Of a DNA stretch of 64,000 nucleotides, positions 20,845-30,898 are shown piece by piece. Every line of letters starts with the position of its first letter. Within the stretch, counting starts at the first letter, position 1. The notes under the pieces were generated by a model. The model made no database searches. It saw only the letters and a program-made list of their open reading frames with translations, and was not told the origin of the DNA. The position numbers were made by a program, and so were the translations under genes. This DNA is from an uncultured virus (IMG/VR IMGVR_UViG_3300046675_000098). Lineage: Duplodnaviria > Heunggongvirae > Uroviricota > Caudoviricetes. The stretch is taken from IMG/VR virus record IMGVR_UViG_3300046675_000098. One strand, given 5' to 3'.

Positions 20845-23800
20845 TTAGGAGGGGCGGCGGGCCGTCACCACCAGGGGCACCGCGAGACCGTGCGCCACAG
20901 GGCGCCGCAGGCGTCCGGAGCACGTGTCGAACGTGGTCACCAGCACGTGGTCACCACGGTCCTCGACCTTGTGGACCGTGGAGACGTGCGCGAGCACGTC
21001 CCCCGGCCGCAGGTCACCGGCCAGCACAACCGTGCTCACGCCGTCACCTCGGCGTTGCGGCGCGCACGCCGCAGCTTGTCTTGCAGGCTCATAGCCTCAG
21101 CGGCCAGCGTGGGCCAGGCGTTGGCCTGGCAGTTGTGCCACTCGCTCGACAGGGCGAGGATCAGCGTGCTCATTTCGCCCGCTGTGAGCGTGATCGTGGT
21201 GGGTGCGTTGGTCATGAGAGTATCTTACCTCCAAGAGTTGAGTCAACAAATAGGCCATTCGGCCCTTTGGCTCCAAGCTCCAAGGGCTAGCCCTCCCACT
21301 CACTGAGGAAGGCCAGCACGTCAGCCGTGTCCTGTGACGTAGCTCCAAGCACGCGCCCTGTGATGGTGCACGCATCGCCCGCACCGGTCACCGCGTACAG
21401 GTCGCCTCCAAGGTCGTAGAGCACGTGGAAGTTGTACGCACACATGAAGTTGCGCGATACGAAACGGCGGCGCAAGGCAGGCGTGACAGGGACGTCACGC
21501 TCGATCCGCGGCCAGGCGTCAGCCGGGAAGGGCCGCAGGTCCAGGTCCAGCATCACGGCACACGGTTGGCACGTGGGCACGTCACCCAGGATCGGATGCG
21601 AGACCACGCCCGCAGCGGGGCGCACGCACCGGGCGAACCACTTGCACGTGGTCACTTGACCGGCTCCAAGGGCGCCGATGCGAACAGGTTGCTTGCGTAG
21701 TACACGCGTCGCGACTGGTCGCCGTCCCGGTCCAAGAACCGAAAGCCCTTGTAGTTGCCGGTGTCCATGAGCACGTCCTCGATCATGCCAGCGACCGCGT
21801 AGCGGGCCTGCACCTGGTCATCGGCCGAGTTGGCGAGCATGTTGTTGGCGAAGTCGAGCACGCGCTTGACGTTGATCGTCTTGCGAGCCTTGACGTTGGT
21901 GCTGGTCGAGTAGGGCATGAGAGTATCTTACCTCCTTGTTGACTCAACTACTATGGGCCATTTGGCCCTGCTTCTGGCGCTCGTACACAGCGCTGGGATG
22001 TTGTGCCATGGCGCACGCCCTGCACACAGAGACACCACCCATGCGGGTCGTAGCCTCCTGTGAGCACGGACGCAGCCACTCGTCAGACGACTGGCAGGTC
22101 ACCGGTACACCACCCGGACCTCACGAGCCTCTAGGCACTCCTTGACTGTGAAGTCAGCGCGCACCCGGCCACCCTTGTGAGCGAGGTTGTAGCCGACAGC
22201 GAACGTCGTGATGCCGCGGTTCTGTAGCACTCGGATGGCCGAGAACGTAGGCAGCGGTTGGCCGATGTGGTCGGACCAGCCGAGACCGGGGTAGAACACC
22301 TGTTCGATGCGAGCATCGCTCGCCCTCGTGTTGAGGTTCCGACGCGACAGGTGGCGACGGATGGGCAGCGGGGGAGTGTTGTGATTGGTCATGAGATGGC
22401 TTTCATCTGCGTGATGGACCGGCGTGCGCTCTTGCGGCCGGGATGCGGACAGGTGACGATCGCGGTGGGCGAGCACACACCGATGGTGTGCTGGCAGGTC
22501 GGGCACTGGTAGGTGGTCATGAGTACAGCTTACTTGACTGTTGACTCAACACCTATGGGCCATTCGGCCCTAGCTACCGTCAGCACGTGAGCGAAATGTT
22601 GGTGCAGCCGGTCAGCAGCGCGCAGCGCCGCGGCCTCGTTAGCCTCCTGTGAGACCAGGGACGAACGAACCGCCAGGCCGGTCGAGTCGAGCGTGACAAA
22701 GCCGACGTGGTAGCTCACGGTGCCACTCTCGTAGGTGATCGAAGCAGCATCGATGATGCCACCTGGTACGTCGTAGGTCACCAGTGTGGTGTACGTGCTC
22801 TCAGTCATCCCTCGCCCCACGTCTGCACCACGTCACCGGGGAGCACGCGGAACGTGCCACCGCGGATCGTGCCGAAGTCGATGGTCAGCCACTTGCGGCC
22901 GACGATGGTCACGGTGCCGAAGCACACCACGCCGAACATGGCGGGATGGAAGGCCTCGACCGTGTCACCGACCTTGAAGTCGGAGAGTGTGAAGGTGGTG
23001 GTCATGGTGTCCATTCTAGTGAGTAGTTGAGTCAACAGCTATGGGCCATTCGGCCCTAGAGCAGACCCTCGGACGTAAGCAGCTTCACCAGGTCCGCGAG
23101 TCCACCCTCTAGCTCCGTGGCATGCGAGACGAACGCAAAGCGCTCACCGAACGTGAAAGCAGCGTTCACGAAGCAGCAGCTACCCCCGGCCATCATGCCG
23201 ACGTGGCCGATGGCCTTGCCCTCGCGCATGATGGCAGCGCTGGACTTGTTCTTGCGGCGAAGCGTCAACATGGTACCAGTGTACCGGACGTGTTGACTCA
23301 CCACCATGGGCCATTCGGCCCCTTATCTGGTGGTACCAAGTGCTGTCAGTGTCAGTGCGCTCGTCGGACCGTAGCGAGCACCGCAGGCCAGGGCACCACC
23401 CCCAGACTCGGTCCACCATGTGGCGACAGGGGACCAACCTGGTCGCTACGGCCCGAACAACGCACTGACACTGACGGTCTAGAGCCCTTCCTCGTTGGCG
23501 AAGCGCTGCATCATGTTGACGCAATCGTCGCGGTAGCGCTCAGCAGCACACCACGCACTCTCGCCCTTGAACGTCTTGCCTCGCGGCCACGTGGTGGCCC
23601 ACTCAGGGCGCTTGGAGACGCTGACACGGTGGGCGCCATCCTCGTAGCGGTAGCCACCACGTGAGTCGAGCAGCGGCCCGGTCTCGATCTGCACGGCGCC
23701 GATGCGTGAGCCGTAGTAGCCGTTCACGTTGGTGCGGGCGATCGTGCTCCAAGGGCCTGGTGTGCTGTAGCGGGTCATGGGATCAGTCTACCGATCCTGT

Positions 23801-26800
23801 TGACTCAACGCATGAGTCATTCGGCTCATTGCATGCGAAGGCAGGATCGCACTCGTCCTCGCACGCCGCGCAAGGCAAGGGGCACGGTTCATCGTGGCGA
23901 GGATCGTGACAGTGCATCATCGTGCGCTCCAAGCGGCACGCTTGGCCTCGTCCACGCGCATCCGGTGCTGGGCCTCCAAGACCTGGGACTCCAAGACCTC
24001 ACGCTCCGTCCAGCGCTTCACCTCGGAGGCGATCTGGTCAGCCGTGTCATTGCGGCCGATCATGGTCCACACCATCATCGAACCGTTGACGAACGCAGGC
24101 CACGCGATCATCTCGTCGGCGTGCTTCTTGCACGTCACGAACGTGGCCCACCGCCATCCCATGGTGTCGGCCTCGTCCAGTACCACGTCGTTCAACAGGC
24201 AGACGACGATGCGGTTGGCACGTGCGCTGCACCGGCCAGAGCCCTGGCACAGTCGGCCAGCGGCCCGGTTGCGCTCGCAGCGCTCGTATGTCTCTTGGCT
24301 CACGCTGTATCCCATGAGAGTCAGTCTACACTCTCTGTTGACTCAACGCCTGAGTCATTCGACTCATTGTGGATGCGAGCCTCGGGGCCAAAGCCGCACC
24401 AGCACACCCGCATGCCGTACAGATCACAGGGATTGAACCGATGGGTAGCTGACGCGGCCGGGAAGTCATCCGGCGTGACCACGGTGAGCATGGTGGAACG
24501 CTTGGGCCGTTTCGGCTCATTGGTGGTCCAGCCCTCGTCGCTCTCGTTGTCGCGGTACTGGATGACCACCAGGGCACCGGGATTGATCTCCTGGTAGATG
24601 GCAGCCGCACTACGAGGGTGGTAGGCACTCGTGGGATCGAACGGGCCGTGCTGCATGGAGCAGCCATTGACCAGCACCATGTACTGGTAGCGGACCATCT
24701 TGTCGGCCATTAGAACGTGCCCTCGTGCTCGGTGTAGTCGATGCCATCGAGAGCCGCAGCCATCTCGGGCGTGATCAGGGTGTAGCGCTGGATATAGACG
24801 CCATGGTCCACGTCCTCGTCAGTGATGACGACCTCACCCGAACGGATGCGCTGGACTAGCTCGTCAGCGACCTCGTAGTCCTGGATGGTGTCCAGAGCGA
24901 AGGTATCCCAATCGCTCACGAGGTTGACAACCTCGCGGCCTCCAAGGAACTCATGCAGGAAGGCAAAGGGCGCACCGTCGTGGACACCAGGATCACAGCC
25001 GTCGCCATCGGTGTTGTCGAGCCAGATCTGGCCGTCGAAGCGGACGACAGAGCCGCACTTGTAGCAGATGCTCGGGGTGATGGTCATGAATCCTCCTGGT
25101 CGTCGTCCCACTCGTCAGGAGTGGGACCGTTGAAGCGGCGCCCGTTGATAGACGACGCCCGGAGACGCTGACCATCACGGAACGCTTGGCGGTCCGCATC
25201 GTTCCAGCGGTGGAGTGTGCGGCTCATGTTGAACAGTCTACTCCAAGAGTTGACTCAACACATGGGCCATTCGGCTCATTCGGCGCAGACCTCGGCCCAC
25301 TCCAAGGGGAACAGAGCCACCACCGCATCGTCGGACCCTTCACAGGCTCGCAGGTAACGCTTGATCAGCGCTGACTCGTCCTCGGTGCAGTCGATACCGT
25401 CGCGCTTGCGCTGGATGGTGGCCGTCAACTCACTGAGGATGACCACGTTCGGGTTGGTCTCGGGGCCGTCACCGACCACCATGCCGGTACAGGCCTCGTG
25501 ATGGTCACTCACCACGCAGCCACACTCGGGGCACAGGGCCTCGCAGGGGTAGGGCGCGTGGTCCATCTCGTCGTACGAGGCGCCGCACGTAGTGCAGAAG
25601 TCACCGCCACCAGTGTGAGCATGATCCTCGCCCCGCACGTCCTCGTAGGCCTCGATGCGGCCATCCAGGAGCGCCTGACCCGTTATTGAGCCGGGGCCAA
25701 CGATCTGGTTGTTGTTGGCGATGCGCCGGTTGACGTCAGCGATCATGGCGAGCACCGTGGCCCTCGTGTCCAGCAAGGCGTTGGCGTAGCCCGCCTGGTT
25801 GGCCCGCTGCACGTTGTTGCCTGCCTGGTCGTACTCACGGCAGCGCTGCTCGGCGTAGCGAGCCTGGGCAGCCAGGCTGTCAGCTAGTTCTTGCAGGTTG
25901 GTGGGGTTGGTCATGATGAGAGTCTACCTCCCTCTGTTGACTCAACGCCTGAGTCATTCGACTCATCCTCAGGCTTCCAGTTGAACGGGCGACTGAGGCT
26001 CAGCTTGCCTGCGTTCACAAGCTGCTGGATGGCACCAGCGGCCTCGTCCGAGACGTTGGCCTCACGGATGACGTGGAGCAGGTAGGCAGCGTCCAAGGCC
26101 CGACGACGCTGGGTAGCGGCCCTCTGCTCAGCCTGTTCGGCCTCAAACTTGGCACGCTGGGCGCCGATGCGCTTCTGGTAGGTCTCGAAGTCAACGACCT
26201 GGCGCTTGTTGACCAGGTAGTACTGACCCTCTCGGTAGGTGCTCGGCTCACCCTGAGCCTTGTCGGCCTCGACCGTCACGACCAGGACGTAGTCACCGCC
26301 CCGCGACTTGTAGCCGTACCAGTCCTCGATGGACTGGCCTTGCCTCATGTGGACGGGGCCGGGACCACTGCCACTCATGTTGGCCCGAACGACGCGCACG
26401 GTGGTCCACTGCGACTTGTCGGCATCCCAGCCAGTGCGGCCGGAGCGGTTGATCAGGGCGTAGACCTTGCGGCCCTCCCACATTTCCTCGTATTTCATGA
26501 TGTAAGTCTACCTAGTTTCGTAGGGTTCGGGAATGGGTCATTCGGACTGTTAACTCAACACCCTCCAAGGGTGTCAGTGTCAGTGCCTCACCACGGCCCG
26601 CACAGACCGTGATACCGCTCGGTCAGGCCGGAGCCGTCACAGATCGACCAGCGGTAGCGGTAGACCTCGCCCTGGGCGATCGGCCCGGAGCAATCGTCGC
26701 ACTGGTACTCCTTGCGGGCACGCTGTAGGCGTGTCACCACCAGGACCGTGCCGACTTCCTCGTCGTGATGGACCCGAAGCTCGCTCATCCGTACGCCTCC

Positions 26801-28106
26801 ATGATGGCAAGCTCGGCCTGGTACTTGACCAGAGCCTCGGCCGCACCCTTCGCGAGCCGGTTGTAGGCATCAGCGGCGCGGTTGACGTTCTGCGTCAGGC
26901 TCGCCCGACGTGCACCCTCGGCATGTGCGGCCTCGTCGCGCAGGTAGCGCTGGACCGTGGCCTCGACCGCCTCCAAGAGGGGCCGCACGTACGTCTTGGG
27001 CGCTCCACCCATGGCTCGGGCTAGCTCGTAGTCCACCGTGCCGTCCTGGGGGATCACGCCGTAGACCTGGCTGTTGCTGTCGCCCTTGGCGTCGCGCTCG
27101 GCCTGGTTGCGGGCGTACCAGTAGCCCTTGGGCTGGCCCTGGTCGTTGGTGTGGATGTACCGGATGGCGTACTCGTTGCCCCGGTAGACCAGCGTGCCCT
27201 CTACGAACACGTCATCGGTGCTCATGGCACACACCATGAGTCCACCGGTCACCTTGCCGTGGTTCACGTCCATCTGGACGTTGGCGACCCGCTCGTGCCA
27301 CTCGGGCACCGGAACGGAGAGGGGGAGAGTTTCCTCAATGTCGTAGGTCTTGGTCATGAGCACAAGTCTACGCTTGTTGAGTCACCACCGCATGAGGCAA
27401 ACGGACCATTTCGTCAGGTTCCGTGTCAGTGTCAGTGGCCTCGATGGTGGGATCACCGTGCAGAGCAAACGTGTGCTCGCAAGGCTCACCCTTGGGCGGG
27501 GCGAACATGATGCGCTCCACGTCCAGCCGGTCGAGAGCATCCAGCAGAGGCACGCACGCCGTGACCATGGCACCCAGGATGAACAGGGCGCCGATCATCG
27601 CCGCGACCTTGTGCGTGCCCTCCGCGAAAGCGCCTGTGTACACGTAGCCGCCGACCGTGAACAGGACACCGGTAGCGCCCATCCAGCACCAGAAGCGTTT
27701 GCGCTGGCTCATCGTGCGTGCACCGGGCAGTGCTTCCCCTCGTCGTGCAGGATGCCACCGCCCCGAAGCTCACGGCCGGTGCACAGAGACTCCATGGCCT
27801 CAGCACACACGGCCGGATTGTCGAACGTGAGCAGGAGCGTGTACGGACGGGTGCCGTACTCAGCTTTGGCTACGAACGCCACATTGATCCAGTGCTCACG
27901 GTACCGATGCTCTTGTGTCACTCGATCAACCCCCGGTGTCGTGCTTCGCCCTCCAAGCAGTCTCGCATGAGGTCGGTTCCCCAATCCTCTCCAAGACGAC
28001 GACGAAGCTGGGCGTCCGTCATGTCGCGCACGTCCAAGCCGTTGATCATGGCCTGGCCCTTACGGGGACGCTCACCGGGTCCACGTGTCTGCTGGTAGTC
28101 GCTCAC
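20845..28106 (-). other. Array of about 22 small hypothetical CDS in units of 1-3 genes, each unit headed by a promoter cassette (starts e.g. 21215, 21918, 22520, 23005, 23271, 23778, 24315, 25227, 25914, 26498, 27357, 28106)
   Basis: Leaderless starts 6-7 nt after -10; internal ATGA/GTGA overlaps; includes sub-60-aa ORFs missing from the track (21036-21215, 22389-22520, 25084-25227). Confidence 0.75.
23345..23475 (-). ncRNA. Putative structured intergenic RNA/DNA element closed by inverted 13-mers
   Basis: 15-bp perfect terminal stem, inner 14-bp stem (G-U on minus strand), branched head. Confidence 0.45.
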
Positions 28107-28162
28107 GATCACAGTCTACCCGCCATTGTGTTGACTCACCATGAGCCATCCGGCCCATCTTG

Positions 28163-28217
28163 TGGAGCACCGGGGAGTCGAACCCCGCTAGCTACCCATG
28201 CCCCGATGGAGTGCCCC
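28163..28217 (-). ncRNA. tRNA-like mini-RNA (Ala-type acceptor stem plus T-arm, no canonical D/anticodon arms)
   Basis: GGGGCAC...CGGGG-TTCGACT-CCCCG-GTGCTCC-A with G3-U70. Confidence 0.55.
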
Positions 28218-28553
28218 GTCAGTGTCAGTGCTCAGGCCAGCACGAAGAACGCCAGCGTGACCACCACCATGGCCGCAAACAACACCTTGCCAGCCAGGCG
28301 ATGGCGTACTGACCAGGGGTAGCGCTTGCGGTAAGCACGGCGCTTCACTCGGTACCGGCGCTTGACGTCACGGTCCCAGGCTCGGCGCATCTTGCGCTCA
28401 CCACGCCGTGTCTCGACCACGTGCATCCGGCCGTAGACGTCTACAGGCACCTTGATCGAGCAGAGGGGCACGTCGCGAGAGGACCCAGCGGTGCCGTTGA
28501 CGGGAGGAGGAGGACCAGTCAACGGCACCGATGAGGGTGGGGGAGGAGGCAAG

Positions 28554-29135
28554 TCAGACCCCGGCTCGTGCCGCACGCTCACGGGTGACAAGTACCAGCC
28601 ACGCGCCTCCAAGAAGGAGGGCAATCGCTCCAAGGGCCAGCGGAAGCGAGACGGTACCGGTCGTGGGTAGTTCCGTAGGGACGTGCGGTGCAGGAGTGGC
28701 AGCACTGTCCGGCGTACTGACGTCCGGCGTGGTGCTCGGCGTGGGGGGAGCAGTGGTGGCAACGGTGGTCACCACGCTCGGGGGCACGGTCGTCTCCACA
28801 ACGCTGGGGGGAGTCGTGGGGGGCACCGATGATTCTGGCGTGCTCGTGACAGGTGTAGACGTGGGAGGCACGCTGGACTCAGGCACGCTGCTCGGTGCGC
28901 TGCTAGGCGGTACCGATGACTCGGGCACAGACGAGACGGGCACGCTGCTCGGCTCGCTGCTCGGGGTGCTGGACGGCGGCACACTGCTGTCAACCTCCGT
29001 GCTGCTCGGGGTGCTGCTCGGCGTGGACGTGGGCGGTTGGTAGCTGTGACTGCCGTGGGCCGACGCAGAGCCGATGACGAACGCACTCCCGCCGAACATC
29101 ACGGCACCAGCCAGTAGCAGGTGCTTGATGTGCAT
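28554..29135 (-). CDS. LPXTG sortase-anchored Ser/Thr/Pro-rich surface protein
   Basis: Signal peptide MHIKHLLLAGAVMFGGSAFVIGSASA, SSVPP/SSTP repeats, LPTTG + TM + RERAAR. Confidence 0.85.
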   Translation of the reverse strand: MHIKHLLLAGAVMFGGSAFVIGSASAHGSHSYQPPTSTPSSTPSSTEVDSSVPPSSTPSSEPSSVPVSSVPESSVPPSSAPSSVPESSVPPTSTPVTSTPESSVPPTTPPSVVETTVPPSVVTTVATTAPPTPSTTPDVSTPDSAATPAPHVPTELPTTGTVSLPLALGAIALLLGGAWLVLVTRERAARAGV

Positions 29136-29185
29136 GGTTCGGCACCCTATCAGGCTCCAAGATTCATAGGGATAGGCCGTTTGCC

Positions 29186-29845
29186 CTATTGCTTGCAGGC
29201 ACGCCTGTGAGTCAAGCACACCAGGACCACGCCCACCAGCACCGACATGACTCCAACACTCCCCAGGGGCACGCTCGGGCTACCGGTGACCGGCAGGGAG
29301 GCAGCCGGGGCCGTTGTTGCCACATGGTGCGACTTGGGTGGGCCTGTACGGACCTCTGAGGCCGTCTTGTCAGTGTCAGTGGCTACCGGTGACCCTGCCA
29401 GCGCCGTTGACGGCTCCTGCGCCACTACAGCGGTCGTGGTGGTGGGATCAGGCGTGGTAGCTCGGGGACTGTCACAGGACACAGGCTCCTGCGTGGGTGA
29501 TCCAGGGACGATGCACACCGGCACGCCGCCGATGACCGTCTGGTGCGGGGTGGTATCAACCGGGGCCGTGGTCGTGGTAGTGGGCGCGCCACACGCCACG
29601 TCTCGGGATGCAGTCCAAGGAGTGAACACCTTGGTACCGTCTGACAACGTGCCAGCGACCCGGCCGCTCTCGCTCAGAGTGTTGCGAAGCTGAGCCGTGA
29701 TGGCCTTGCTCTCGCCCGGTCCCAGGTCCAAGCCGACGATCCATGAGTCGGCCGTGGCACTCTGACCGTGGAAGGCCAGCGCCGCATCGTTGGTGATGGT
29801 GACTACCACGTGGTAGTCACAGTCCATCGAGCCGTTGGCGATCAT
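29186..29845 (-). CDS. LPXTG-motif protein (LPVTG + TM + basic tail)
   Basis: Thr-rich linker, SLPVTGSPSVPLGSVGVMSVLVGVVLVCLTHRR; no obvious signal peptide at this start. Confidence 0.7.
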   Translation of the reverse strand: MIANGSMDCDYHVVVTITNDAALAFHGQSATADSWIVGLDLGPGESKAITAQLRNTLSESGRVAGTLSDGTKVFTPWTASRDVACGAPTTTTTAPVDTTPHQTVIGGVPVCIVPGSPTQEPVSCDSPRATTPDPTTTTAVVAQEPSTALAGSPVATDTDKTASEVRTGPPKSHHVATTAPAASLPVTGSPSVPLGSVGVMSVLVGVVLVCLTHRRACKQ

Positions 29846-30673
29846 GCCTGGCCCATGATGTTGCGGGCGTCCCGAATGAGAGTCACCAGCGTGCCCGGAG
29901 CGCCGTCAGTGGTGAAGTCGTCAGCGACGTGACGAACGAAGCTCGCAAGCTCGCCCACGTCGTACCCCTCGCTGGGCGAGTCTCCCTCGGGGCTGTCGCC
30001 GTACATGAGCCAGTTGCTCAGCGTCTCGTCCAGGTCGGTGATCTTCTCCATGGCGTCGTCGCCGTAGAACTTGATCTCACAGCCAACAGAGCCGTAGACG
30101 ATGTGGAGCGTGTGACCGGTGCGACCGATGACCTCGACGCCATTGCTGGTGTAGCGCTCGGGCACGCTGGTGAGTTGAACGCTGGTGACGGTGTCCAGCT
30201 TAATCGTCTTGCGCTGGCCGAAGGTGTCCCACAGGCAGATAGCTCGGGCGTTGACGACGTAGTCGGTGTAACTGCTCATGCAGTCAGTCTAGTTGCGTTG
30301 ACTCAACAGCGCATGAGTCGTTCGGCTCATCTTCCAGCACGTCCCACACGTTGGTCACGAACTCGACCAGGGGCAGGATGGGATCACCGCGCTTGCACGT
30401 CCACTGCACCAGGCCCAAGCCGGTCAACCGGCGCACGTGACCTTGTACACAGGACGTGCTGAGACCGGTCCTGTCGCGCAGATCGTGAATGCTCTCCACG
30501 CCGTCCATGACATGGAACAGAAGCTCGGTAGCAGTCGGACCCACGGCCTCGAAGCCACGCATGCGCCAGTAGCCGATCTGCTGCGGTCGCCAGTTGGGAC
30601 CTAGCTGCTGCGGCGCAGAGGGCGGAACTACAAGAGCCTCCGGAGAGGCAGGGTCATCCGGAGGCTCCTGCAT
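29842..30673 (-). other. Two hypothetical CDS (29842-30279; 30284-30673 with winged-helix-like segment)
   Basis: Both start at promoter cassettes; 30284-30673 contains SIHDLRDRTGLSTSCVQGHVRRLTGLGLV. Confidence 0.65.
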
Positions 30674-30898
30674 CGGTTCCAGTGTAGCGGCTTTGGCACC
30701 CTCTACACATGGGCCAAACGGCTCATTCGACTGTCAGTGTCAGTGGGCGAATCGTGATGACTCACCATGACAGGAACGTGTGTTCTTACCCCTCCTTGGG
30801 GGTGCTGCGTGGTGCAGGCTCGGGCGGCGCAGCATCGAGCACAGCATCGAGCAGTTCGCCGGGGTTGGGCAGGGGCTTGACGTCGAGCGGTTCGTCAT

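Noticed and set aside
21200..26560. CRISPR array
   Set aside because: The repeats are degenerate and separated by hundreds of bases of coding DNA, not 30-40-nt spacers.
23811..28158. Strand-specific hairpin (N4-type) interpretation of the cassette dyad, treated as established
   Set aside because: G-T wobbles favour the template strand in some copies (23812, 25262, 30313) but the opposite strand at 28141, and several copies have true mismatches. A protein-bound dyad fits at least as well, so the question is left open.
19836..30307. Integron attC sites (GTTGAGT fits GTTRRRY, ACTCAAC fits RYYYAAC, and repeats separate small genes)
   Set aside because: Both matches are the same 11-bp palindrome read on opposite strands, with no 55-140-nt attC stem between them and no tyrosine integrase in the window. 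The elements are tied to a -10 box and the downstream start codon instead.
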